A DNA stretch of 63,313 nt, the filler included, from Phoronis australis (taxonomy: Eukaryota; Animalia; Phoronida): NCBI GenBank assembly GCA_002633005.1. It is 3 parts of 3 records of this genome, joined end to end, with 100 filler letters (N's around TTAATTAATTAA, not from the genome) between each part and the next. Parts side by side here need not be neighbours in the genome. Positions count along the whole stretch, not along the records: positions 1 to 30,890 come from NMRA01000413.1; positions 30,991 to 33,040 come from NMRA01003875.1; positions 33,141 to 63,313 come from NMRA01001065.1. One strand, written 5' to 3'. The notes below the pieces were generated by a model. It was given only the letters and a program-made list of their open reading frames with translations. It was not told the origin of the DNA and ran no database searches. The translations under genes and the position numbers were made by a program. Positions within the stretch are counted from its first letter, which is position 1. Every line of letters starts with the position of its first letter. Below, one piece after another: positions 23,973 through 34,858 of this stretch.

Positions 23973-24702
23973 CATTTATGATCGACATATGTCCCGAATA
24001 ATAGATAAATGATACGTGCGTCGCAAGCTCGCTACCAGAGATGAAAAGGAGACCGAGGTAGGCGATATAAAGTCATTTATTATGACTAATACAATTACAA
24101 TATAATGAATACAGGTAAATAACATAAAAATGGTAACCTCTGGTAAGATGGGCAATAAAAAAGCGCCGGCCACGTGGAAGTACGAGAGAATGACGAAAAC
24201 TGGGAGGTAGAGGGTGGGAAAAATTAATAAGTTTTGGAACGTACGACAATGTGGCCGGAACAAAGATGAACAGAAAGTGAGGTTACAATAACAAAGAAAA
24301 AACGCCTAAGGACACGTGACAATCATCAGCCTATAAGAGCCAAGAGCTGACCAAACTAGAGGCACGTGATAACAACAGACCAATACGAAGGCTAGGAAAA
24401 CGAGGTGTAGTCCTACACAAAGGAATAATGGAATAGACCGAAATGAGGGGGGAAAGGGGTAAGACGGGTCCATATGCTCACATAAATATATTTAAGTAGT
24501 GAAATACCATTTATGGTCGACATATGTCCCGAATAATAGATAAATGATACGAGCGTCGCAAGCTCGTTACCAGAGATGAAAAGGAGACCGAGGTAGGCGA
24601 TATAAGATCATTTATTATGGCTAATACAATTATAATATTATGAATACAGGTAAATAACATAAAAATGGTAATCTCTGGTAAGATAGGCAATAAAAAAGCG
24701 CC
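23973..24702. repeat. 195-bp direct repeats (23973-24167, 24508-24702) flanking 340 bp; possible DIRS/Ngaro or TRIM-like remnant
   Basis: Two highly similar copies offset by 535 bp, each with a minus-strand AATAAA. The element-class assignment is inference. Confidence 0.75.
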
Positions 24703-26430
24703 ACAAAAGATGTTGTAAGACACCTCATGCCCATCCGTTATCCATCAGCGTATCTTCTATTGGTCATATCTGAACACAATCATACCCTTACTATATTCCA
24801 ATCTCTCAACCTTAATAATGGTAACCCTAACACTAAAACGGAGGGGAGTGTATTCCTAAACCTAAGTTTGAGAGGCAGAGGCCCAAACTGTTACACAGGA
24901 GCTTGCCACGCCCCCGACTCCTCCTTGTGAATAACGAGACAGTCTTATGAATAATATAATAGTACAATTTCAAACAGGTCAAATATGTCCGTACAAACTG
25001 AGCGGTCACTCTAGAATCCTAGTCTAAACACATACCTATGAATAGCACGACAGTCTTGTGAATAATTATAATATTTCAACTTCAGAAAGGTCAAACACGT
25101 CAGTACAAAATGAGCTGTCACATAAGAATGCCAGTCTACATATATATCTGAACTGACACAGAGGGCGCTGTCACAGAGATTCCTGGCGCGTGACATAACC
25201 ATACCAGGAATTTCAAAAAATGGGCCCAACCAATAGTACACCTCTGGGCGTATTTTCGGTAAATGTTTGCATAGTTTGAAAATCTGATGGATTGTTCTAA
25301 AATACGTGTGAAATATTTTTTCATAAAAAAATTTTGTAATGTAGGACTGAGTTATTCTCTGTAGGCGACCTTGCTTTTCATTGGCTCAGTAGTGTAAACC
25401 ACATTGGCCAGACGTTAAGAGTGGTGCTTAGTTAACGACCTGAAGTGACCTACTTAGTCACCTCATTATCATAAGGCATGAAGAGACTAATCTCAACTTA
25501 AATCGTTAATAACTTCGTCAATTCGATTTTTTTAGCTTGGCAAACCCTCCAAACAGTGATCAGTGATAGTTTTGCGTTATTGTGATATGTGTTGTTTGCT
25601 TCTTTATAAGGTTTGGCCTGTTGATTATAAAGCTATGGCAACCAGGGCTGAAAGTTTCTTTCGACTGACGAAACTCTTCATGTGTCCTAAATTGTTGAAT
25701 GTAAGGGAAAGATTGTCTTTAATAAACCACAATTCAATCACTGCCATTTTGTAAAGGAAAAAGCGAAGTGTACATGCACAGGATTTTTCCAGCAGGCGGT
25801 GCAGCGTCTAAACCGACTCGGTCTTGGCTAAAGATTTGAGCCGGTCGTGTTAAATCGCGTATATGGTACGCGGAGACGTAGCCACATTAGCCCTTATGGA
25901 TAGGTCGACATTATGCACGGGTATGTTTCAAGCATGGGACAGCGTTTGTTTCTGGCAATGATTGTCTTCCTGGTGTAAGTAGTGTCATCTAAGTAGACGT
26001 ATTTATGTGCAGGGGACAAAATTTAGAAACAAAAGCACTGGTATGATAATCCACACCACCCGTAAACAATTTAACGTCTCGTAAGCTTTCATTGTCCTCA
26101 TGTTCGTCATATAACCAATGACAGACTACTTTTTGCGGGATATGTGAAATGTCGCCAAAACTTTTCTGAAGCTTTACGGAGTTCTTCAAATAGATAGCCA
26201 AATAGAATTTCGAATCATCTACTCTTTAATTGAGTTCAATTTGAATGTGCCAGGCCGCACAAGCGAAATTAAAATTAAGCTGTGTTCCATAACTTTTACA
26301 CACCCAGTTCAGCGGTCTGAATGAAATCTGCGTCGTGAATAAGTCTATTCATTACAGTGCAGTGCAATGTATTTTTACAGTAACCCCGTTTCAGCCATGC
26401 ACATAGTACTGCTATTGAACTGACGTGCGC

Positions 26431-26564
26431 TCAGTAACGCTAGGACTTACGCTAGGACCTAGCTAAAATCCAGCCAAAGTCACGTGATCTCATTTAAGAT
26501 ACACGGCAATATCCCACGTAATCTCGCGAAGTCTTACTTTTTAGCGAGATCCTAGCGTTACTGA
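26431..26564. mobile_element. Short MITE with 15-bp TIR
   Basis: TCAGTAACGCTAGGA...TCCTAGCGTTACTGA; related partial copies at 17537-17775. Confidence 0.7.
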
Positions 26565-26795
26565 ACGGGAGGCTGTTTTCTGTTTCAATGTGATGTAGTC
26601 CGGGAGTTGCGGGGGTTATTATTTGTTTAGACAATTATGCTGGGCGTGTCACACGACACCCAAGTGTGTTAAAATGCACATGTCCAAATATGGAAGTGGG
26701 TGGATAAGATGAGAAATGTTTCTGAAAATAATCAGAAATGTTGTGGTTAAATGGTTTGAGACAGTGCGATATAACTACCATGCGTTTTGTTGCAG

Positions 26796-26938
26796 GCCCC
26801 GTTTCGAGTATATGTGTCAATAAAGTTGGTTTCCGCTGGACAGTGATAATAGGCGGGCCTTAAGCTCGATTGGGTCAGCACTGAGTTTCTTTGCGAATAG
26901 TACTCTTCATCTGATCGTCACTTTCGGTATGATAGGAG
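26796..26938 (+). CDS. SLC16/MCT coding exon 2 (1-nt frameshift as assembled)
   Basis: tgcag|GC CCC gives GPVSSICVNKVGFRWTVIIGG, then after a shift LSSIGSALSFFANSTLHLIVTFGMIG G|gttggt. The exon is 143 nt although bounded by phase-1 introns; the unshifted frame hits TAA at 26861-26863. Confidence 0.85.
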
Positions 26939-27500
26939 GTTGGTATGGTACGATCGACAGCACTGCATGTATTTGAAAATACTTAAGCCACGCTTTCTGT
27001 CAAAAACCAACTTTTGATTGACAACATGTAGTAGTCTCGTCTTGTTCCTTACTCTGATTGCCGAAGTGAGTTTTAAGCTTGAGACCTTGTGAAGGTCTAT
27101 TATTTTTTGCTTCAGAGCAGCAGTTCCATCAAAGTGGAAGAGTAATTCGAGGCAATTTGTTTTATCTAATTTCAATTCAAACATGACGAAGTTTTTGAAG
27201 TAAAAATGTACCCGTGAATAACACTGGAACATGGTTTCTGGTGGATTGAACCAAAGCCATGTTTTAATGTGCTTTTCGTTATGGCGGGCATAAAATACGT
27301 TGTTCTCTGAAGTGTGCACTGAAATATAATTATGCGTCATTATGAAGAGGAACTAGAGTTCTTGCAACCGGCAAGATTTGATAACGAATGGTTTAATTAT
27401 GTAACGTTTACATTCTGCTTTCTCAGTGAACTGGACAGGGTCATTCTATGGCATCCACTTTCACATGACTTTATATCAAACAGTTCAATACAATCTCACG

Positions 27501-28287
27501 TAAGGAAAGCCAAAGCTGGAAAATTTCCAGGACACTAGTTTTCTATTCAAGGATTATACTCTTGCAGGACCAGAAAAATGAACTCAAAACAATAATGTAT
27601 CGTGCTAGGACCTATGATTTATCACATCAGTACCAAAATTTAACACGTCAGGACCGAAAATTTATCACGCCAGGACACTGACAAAATTTATTACGTCAGG
27701 AAAATTTAATGCATCAGGAAAATTCACACGTCAGGAAAATTTCACGTCACGAAAATTTCATGACAGGAATCCACGTGACCATCCACAAGCTCGTGACCCG
27801 TCAAAGAGATGATATAACAGGTACACTATGTCTCCCGATGACTGTCACATTATCACAACTGGAGATTGAATTGCTGTAGTCTCTTCCAAGTTTTACAACA
27901 GAAGCCAATGTTGGACACTCTAGACTTGAATATGGCTGAGTATTACAGAGACACAGATGATCGTCACTGTCACTGGCATGAAATTTTCTTCTAGCATGAA
28001 ATGTTCTCCTGGCACGAAATTTTCTCCTGGAATGAAATTTTCTCCTGGGCAAGAAATTGTACGTCCTGGTGTGATAAATGTTTTGTCATGGCGTGATAAC
28101 TTTTGTGTCCTTGAGTGATAAATTTTCGGTTATGACCTCCTGTTAAATTTTGGCCCTGACATGATTAATTGCAGGTTCTGGCGCGACAAATTTTGGTTGT
28201 GCGTACATTTTTTCTGGTCCTGCAGAGAATTTAATTCATGAATAGAAAATTTGTGCCCTGGAATTTTTTTCGCTTTGATATTCCATA
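27501..28287. mobile_element. IS3EU-like non-autonomous foldback element
   Basis: 6-bp TSD CTCACG (27495-27500, 28288-28293); termini TAAGG...CCATA; long imperfect inverted arms with subterminal ~18-22-bp CAGGAAAATTTCAC-type repeats. Confidence 0.8.
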
Positions 28288-29096
28288 CTCACGGGTATAC
28301 TCATATTTTAGTGTATAGAAATGTAGATTTTTCTTGCGACTGACATCGCCGCTGGGGTAGCGCTCACAGCTACATGTGTACGCAAGTAAACAAACTGACC
28401 GATAGATGGCTTACCATTACATGGCCTTTCAAAATAGTTTTCTAAACTTATTTATCCTGATCAAATTCTCAAGTCGAAATATGTGGCGGTGTGGTGATAA
28501 GCGAACCACAACACCGCCTTGTTCATGCCTTCCTGGACTATGTGCCCAACAAAAATGCCATAAAAACGATAACATCCTTTAACTGGCCACCGCTGTTTTA
28601 AAATCGAGATCATGCTTTTGAATGTCAGAATGTTTCTTTTCCGAGCTCCGTTAAATTGACTGCGTGTGTAACATTCAACTTGAGCTCAATGAAGTTGCAC
28701 CCTTTTTACACAACTTGTTTCGGCACTTAAGTCTGCATTTTTAGTAGCAACTAAATTCTAACCCTGTTCAGAAATGTGTCCTTTTAAAGCCAGAAAGGGT
28801 CTAAATGCGTTTAAGAAATGGTGCTTGAGATTAACAATGAAATGATGAAACATGGCATCCGTATCATTTACAAATGTGTCAAGACCCTGCTGTCTAGGAC
28901 AACTCAAATAAACGGATTCGTAAGATTCGGACCAAACATTCAAAGAGAGTCCTTCGAAAATTTAGCGCCACAGTGTGAAAACAACTCGAGTTTATCGGTC
29001 TTCTTTCGAGGATGTCAGTCGTGATGATCTATATAACTGCCATTATGAAACTTAGTTCCAGTGTGTGGTTGTATTATGGTTTCATTCATTCCGCAG

Positions 29097-29867
29097 GATT
29101 TGGTCTTGGATTGTGCTTCACGCCACTCATATGCTGCCTGGCCCTCTATTTCCACAAGCATCGTATCATGGCTACAGCCCTAAGCAGCATCGGATCGGGA
29201 ATTGGAACAATGTTATTCGCACCCATAACACAGAGTCTTGCAGATGAATACGGTTGGAGAGGAGCTATGTTAATACTCGGAGGTGTACAGCTGCATCTAT
29301 GTGTATGTGGCGCTTTGTTGCGCCCTCTGCCGCAAGACGTTTTTCGTCCATCGGCCAGTTTAAATTCTGAAAACAACGCAAAAAAGACATCACCTGTCTT
29401 CCAGTTTGAAGTGTTGATAAATAAAAAAGTGGTCATCCTCATGTGCAATGTTTTTCTGATATTTTTAGGATTTTTCATCGTTATTCTCCATTTATCGGCG
29501 TATGCCATTACACAAGGTGCATCTCACGTGAACGCCGCCCTTCTTGTGTTAATAGTCGGCATGGCCAGCATATGGAGTCGGCTTCTTATTCCAGCAGCAG
29601 CTACAGACAGTAGAGTCGGAGTATTGTTAATGTATACTGGCTCGCTTGGTGTGACAGGAATGGTGGTTCTGTTAACGCCATTTTTGATGCCTTATCCAAC
29701 GGGACAGGTGGTTGCAGCATTCTTCTTTGGTTTCTATGGCAACGGAAATTGTGCTCTAATGCCAACATTAGTTGCGGAGTTTGCTGGATTAAGGCTTTTG
29801 ACTGCTGTTTGTGGCATGGTGAATTTAGCGGGTGGACTTGGAACTTTGCTCGGGCCTCCCTTAGCTG
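29097..29867 (+). CDS. SLC16/MCT coding exon 3 (771 nt); final exon not found before the gap
   Basis: ccgcag|GA; GFGLGL...YFHKHRIMATALSSIGSGIG...YGWRGAMLILGG...CGALLRP...LLGPPLAG; donor G|gtaagt. Confidence 0.93.
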
Positions 29868-30890
29868 GTAAGTGATCTGATCGTTCTAGTATAGCTACTC
29901 AAATTTTACCAACAAATCCTTAGAAGTCTCCTTCTCAAAATTGTATTTTCTCTGCTCAGATTTAGTTACATTTTTGTACTCTAGTAATGCTCAATGTGAT
30001 ACATGTCAACGTCAATCCTACGAGCCGTAAGATGATCACAAACTGGCCATACTTCGTTCAGCTCTGAATAAAGCTGCCTTTTGTGCATTCCATGTTGTCA
30101 GTTTCTTGCGAGATCAGTGAGATCATGTAAGGCTACGCAAACTCACTCGAGTAAAAGGTGAACGTTTCGCAAGCAATGCTTAGCTAGTCCTTACTCGCAT
30201 AGACTAGCAAGATGCCCACAACTGAAATGATTTGACAGCGAACATAAAATGTTCAATTGTAAATAAGTGAATTATCCATTTCCGTTTGATAAGCCGCGTT
30301 TCATGAATGTCTTGCGTTACAGACACCTTGGCATTCCTTCGTTGACGTGTAGTGGTCGAGCGTCAGCATTAAAACAATAGTTATTCAGGTTTTACATCGC
30401 TTAGCTGAAAATTTGTCCTTCGGTTTAGATGGTCGTTCATTGCCCTTGTTCTGTAAAAATTGACTCTAGATTAGCAGTGGACAGAGGGTAGTTTTATAGA
30501 CGCAAGAATCTTGTAATGACGTGTTTCGCTTGTAATACTTGACGATTTCTTGCGAGTTCTTGCTTTTCTCGCAAGACGTTAGGTCTATGGAATGCACGCC
30601 TGGACTGGACATTTCTGTGTACATGTACTTTTCATTCCCATGTAAATCCCTGTCTACACACTTGGATATACAGTTGTAAGTCCGTATATTTAGGAGCACA
30701 TGATAAGTGCACTGCGACTATTGACGGTGTCGCGTGAAATTTCTTCCCCGTGAAATTTCTTCCCAATCCGACTTTGCGCATGCGCAGATTGGCCAGGTTG
30801 GCATCCCGTCTTGAGAGCGTGAAATTTCTTCCCAGAGCACTTCTGTGGTGGCACTGAATAGTTAGGCTGCGGCCGCGGCCAATTTGCACT

Positions 30891-30990
30891 NNNNNNNNNN
30901 NNNNNNNNNNNNNNNNNNNNNNNNNNNNNNNNNNTTAATTAATTAANNNNNNNNNNNNNNNNNNNNNNNNNNNNNNNNNNNNNNNNNNNN
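30891..30990. other. Artificial assembly spacer
   Basis: 44 N + TTAATTAATTAA (stops in all six frames) + 44 N. Confidence 0.95.
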
Positions 30991-31781
30991 TAAAGCCTTT
31001 TCTGAAAAACACACCAACTTTTATGTTATATAATCTAAAATGTGATTAAAATTCCACATTTAGTATATAAATCTTAAAAACAAATTATAGAAACAATCAA
31101 CTCATTAACCCTGACTGTAGATTGTAAGATGTTTTTGTGTAAATGCGTATCAGGTTCCAAATAAAGTTTGCAGAACGTAAATGCGGTAAATTGGGGTTTG
31201 TTAATTGGCAGCCATTTTGGCGGCCATTTTGTCAGCCACCTTGATTTTTTTCTCGCAAACCAGTAACCAATTGTAAGGTCCAGGTATTTTAAATTGTCTA
31301 ACTTACAAAAGAATAAAACTTTTGCCATTTTCAGGGCAAAATATAAAAAGAAATCTTGCAACATGTACCAAATTGCCCTTTCGGCCGCCATTTTGTCGGC
31401 CATATTGGTTTTATTTTACGGAAAATTGTCATCTTTTGATTGGTATGCCTGTTATGAAAAGTATATAATCAATGACAAACTTTATTGTTATATTTTTTCC
31501 TGTTTCATAAGAGTAATATGCCAGAAAACAGTAATCACCGGTTTTGTCGGCCATTTTTTCCGCCATCTTGAAAAACCAACTTCCGCCATTCCGATTTCGG
31601 TAGATTTTTTTTCTGACACCAAGGGATGTTTGAAGATGCCATTTATGCAAAAAAAAACCTTCTGTTGCAATTTTTCCTAGGTTGGACTACTAGTCGTGGA
31701 TTAACTGACTAAGTGAATCAAAAACACGTAGCTTCTTCACACTCTTAGTTGGCGTGAACTGAAACGTGCTTTCTGTTGCAG

Positions 31782-32092
31782 CCAATGAAGCCCGTTGGTT
31801 CATAACGTCCCTCGTTTTACTCTTCATTGCCTTCCTGTACCTGTCTGTCATCTCATTTGGATCTCGTTGTGGCCTCTTCAAAGACTTCTGGTCCGCTTCC
31901 ATGTACTTACTAACGCTTTGCGTTGGCTACAATGACAACGAAGAGTCTAAAGAGTTAACCGATGACCCTTATTACGAAACCTTCCTCTGTCTCTACAGCT
32001 TCTTGGCATTCTGGGTAATGGTGGGCTTGTTGATATCAGTCGTGCAGAACGCACACGTGGAATCACTTGATGAGACAGAAGAGGAATCTTAC
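31782..32092 (+). CDS. Polycystin-like (PKD/TRPP channel domain, S5-pore-S6) exon
   Basis: tgcag| acceptor and |gtaagc donor. Hydrophobic helix ending in FG, then FKDFWSASMYLLTLCVG, then a second helix ending LLISVVQNAH, the pattern of polycystin last TM segments. Confidence 0.6.
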
Positions 32093-32888
32093 GTAAGCGA
32101 GCATGCTGCTTTATTAAATGTGCGCTGAATGTTTTTAAGCAAAACTTAGCCACGTTAAAAGTTTTGTTTCAAACGTTATTGCGGATGCACGATTTCAGTT
32201 ATGGGGTTTCAATTTTGNAGACCCATGGATACTCTCCCGTCCCCGTTATATCATGGAAAGCTCAAGACCCCTGATAGCCCACCTGTCCCTAGTTCACCTA
32301 GACCAAATATGAAAATTATAGAGCGGAGCGATTACTGTCCGCGGGGGGTTGAATTGGCATTCGAAGCAATGAATGATTACAGTGTCCCTTCCGATCAAGT
32401 TGGGCTTATTGATCAACTTGCAGACTCAGAAATTTTATGAACAGACTGAACGCAAGTGAAAGATCCCTCAAAAAGTGCCAAGCAATAGCAGTATTTTATT
32501 ATGTTTTTCAAGTGAGCCTTTTCCGTATAGACTCGGCTGATGAAGATGTACATTTAAGTTACGCTCTCTGTTTGGGCTTTGCTGATCAAAGTGTATTATT
32601 AAAACGCACTTTGTTCATATAGTTATAGTCAGCTTTAACTTGATCTAATGAATCCATGTCTTCACCGGTTTTCTCCGTGGTTTTTAATGCAGAATGGCTT
32701 CTGAGTTCAGATTGGCTTGATTGCAGTCAGTTGCCATCTTGAATTTCATGAGGCTCCCATTTCTTCTGACCTTCCAAAACCCGTTGACCCACACGAGTAT
32801 TGTAAACGGACTAGAATACTCATCATCGATCTGCAGAACTGTGTGGTTTTTTTGCAGTGTATAATCAATCTTGTCTTCGTTCTTTCAG

Positions 32889-32978
32889 GACATAGGAATG
32901 GGAGATTACCTGTGGAGAAAGGTCACCGAAATCATTCCATTCTTTGCAACCGATGAGCCAGACCTGGATATCCAAAAG
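32889..32978 (+). CDS. Next exon of the polycystin-like gene (cytosolic tail start)
   Basis: ctttcag|GAC...AAG|gtaatt; 90 nt, phase 0-0, compatible with the previous exon; DIGMGDYLWRKV resembles the post-S6 segment of polycystins. Confidence 0.55.
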
Positions 32979-33040
32979 GTAATTAAAGGTAATGAGCCCC
33001 TCCATAAACAGGTGGTGAGCCACTCAATAAACAGGTGGTG

Positions 33041-33140
33041 NNNNNNNNNNNNNNNNNNNNNNNNNNNNNNNNNNNNNNNNNNNNTTAATTAATTAANNNN
33101 NNNNNNNNNNNNNNNNNNNNNNNNNNNNNNNNNNNNNNNN
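33041..33140. other. Artificial assembly spacer
   Basis: Same 44N-TTAATTAATTAA-44N structure as the first spacer. Confidence 0.95.
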
Positions 33141-33201
33141 GAGGCATAAGAGGGAGCCAGATAAAAACAAATTAATAGAAAGAATTTACTTTTTATTTCA
33201 G

Positions 33202-33351
33202 GCATTTCATCCATTACTCAAGATGGCCGCTGCTAAGAATTCCAGCCAACCAATGAGTGTCCGTCGAGCTGCCATTTTGAATATGACATCTCGCATGGGA
33301 TCAATCGATGATAATACCTCTGGGAAGTTCTATACATACCGTGCAAGTAAG
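33202..33351 (+). CDS. Short-chain dehydrogenase/reductase (C-factor CsgA/sniffer-like), penultimate exon
   Basis: tttcag|AFHPLLKMAA...RAAILNMTSRMGSIDDNTSGKFYTYRASK|gtaatt contains the catalytic S and YxxxK; 150 nt. Confidence 0.92.
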
Positions 33352-34534
33352 GTAATTATCACTTTTCTGTGTGTACTGTGCCACAGATTCTGACGACGGG
33401 TTACACAACAACTGTCTGTGACCAGCAGTGTCGCAGTGCAGAGGGAGATAATTGCAGAAAGTACAATGAATGACCAACTTTGCAGAACATTAGCAGTTGG
33501 TACCAGAGGAGTGTTTGGTCAGTAGAGCTTGGAGGAGTTGGCAATACATTAAGATTGAAACTTGGTTACTGCCAAGGAAGGTAGTAACAACTCTGCGTGT
33601 GTTTGTTGTGATGACAGCATGTGATTCATGCAGTAATGTTTGCAATGATAACGAGCAGTGGACATTTACCTTGTGGCATTCGGAATTATTACATTAAGTA
33701 CGCTGATTATATACTGTGTGTAGTGCAAATTGAATGCCACTGAAACTTAATCACTTTAGGCAAATTTGAAGTTTCTAACTCATAATTTATATTTGCACTC
33801 TGTGACCTTTGACCTATAAAATCTGGATCGCTTAGAAAAGTAATTTTTTATTGGCATGTTGGGTTAGTTGGGTTACACGAGTGCACTGAAGTTGAAGAGT
33901 GCACCTTTAAAACTGTTAGGAGAAACAACATTTTCGAAGTAAGACGATCTTTGTACCAATTGACCTCTCATGGTGCATTTTGGAATAGTTTTATATACTG
34001 GCGAATGACTGAATTTCAAAGGCCCATCTCTAGTTATTTAGGGATTGTCAAGGCCTAAGAAAGGTTGTAAACAAAAACAATAGCATAAAATGTAAACAAG
34101 TTAAGTACTTTGCACTAGAAGACGCAGATTGGGATATTCTTTTCATCCATGCACTACCACAAAACAAAGTCTACCTTTTAAACTAAACCCATGCTCTATT
34201 CTGAAATGCTAGTTATATATGTACTGTAACTGTATTATGGGGAGAGGTTTTGAATGCTGAATTGATATTTTCTGAAGAGGCCCAGCACTGGAATTGACAC
34301 TGAGCCAGCATTTGTTCTGTTGCCAGAGAGTCTCTTTCATATAATTTGAAACTTGTTTTCAAATTCAGATGAAATTTGTATATCAGATTTTTTTGTTATT
34401 GAACCTAACACTTGTGTTCAGTTATCAATGAGGCGCATTCCGCATACTGAGAACTGAAAAAGCATAGGTTATTGTCCTTGAATTCAGGTATTGGGTTAAA
34501 CGGTGAACCCATATGCTTAATCTTCTGGTTGTAG

Positions 34535-34759
34535 GTGGCAATCAACATGATAACAGTCAGCGAGAGTATCGACCTGAAAGGCGAAGGTATTTTGTGTGCA
34601 ACGATTCATCCAGGTTGGGTCAAAACTGACATGGGTTCAGCAAACGCCCCAACAAGCGTGGATGAATGTGCAGAGAGCTTAATTAAGCTCTTCCACGGTC
34701 TAGGAGAGGGAGATACTGGCAGTTTCTGTCATGCCAATGGGTCTAAGTTACCATGGTAA
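34535..34759 (+). CDS. C-factor/sniffer-like SDR, last exon
   Basis: gtag|VAINMIT...IHPGWVKTDMG...GSKLPW* is the typical C-factor-family C-terminus. Confidence 0.93.
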   Translation: MAINMITVSESIDLKGEGILCATIHPGWVKTDMGSANAPTSVDECAESLIKLFHGLGEGDTGSFCHANGSKLPW

Positions 34760-34858
34760 AGCAGTGGTGTAGGCAATCTTTTGAAGTGTAGCTTGTTATG
34801 ACAAACTATTAGAGTTTGAGAGATGAAAAGACATAGGATATTCATCAATAAGTTTTAA

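Noticed and set aside
23976-24723. Two similar hydrophobic ORFs (95 and 70 aa) as duplicated membrane-protein genes
   Set aside because: They are the AT-rich 195-bp direct repeats read on the minus strand; no splice or homology support.
27801-28052. Arg-rich ORF (RRKFH repeats), protamine-like
   Set aside because: Translation of the 18-bp subterminal repeats of the 27501-28287 element.
29012-29096. ORF-track start MSVVMIY... for the transporter
   Set aside because: Intronic read-through upstream of the acceptor at 29096; MCT homology begins at 29097.
30722-30890. Start of a CGGTG-terminated element with GTGAAATTTCTTCCC repeats
   Set aside because: Probably a transposon end, but truncated by the spacer, so TIR and TSD cannot be verified.
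30991-31700. Several overlapping 60-128 aa ORFs
   Set aside because: Region is rich in GGCGGCCATTTT motifs typical of non-autonomous DNA transposon interiors; no recognisable protein, and boundaries are cut by the gap.
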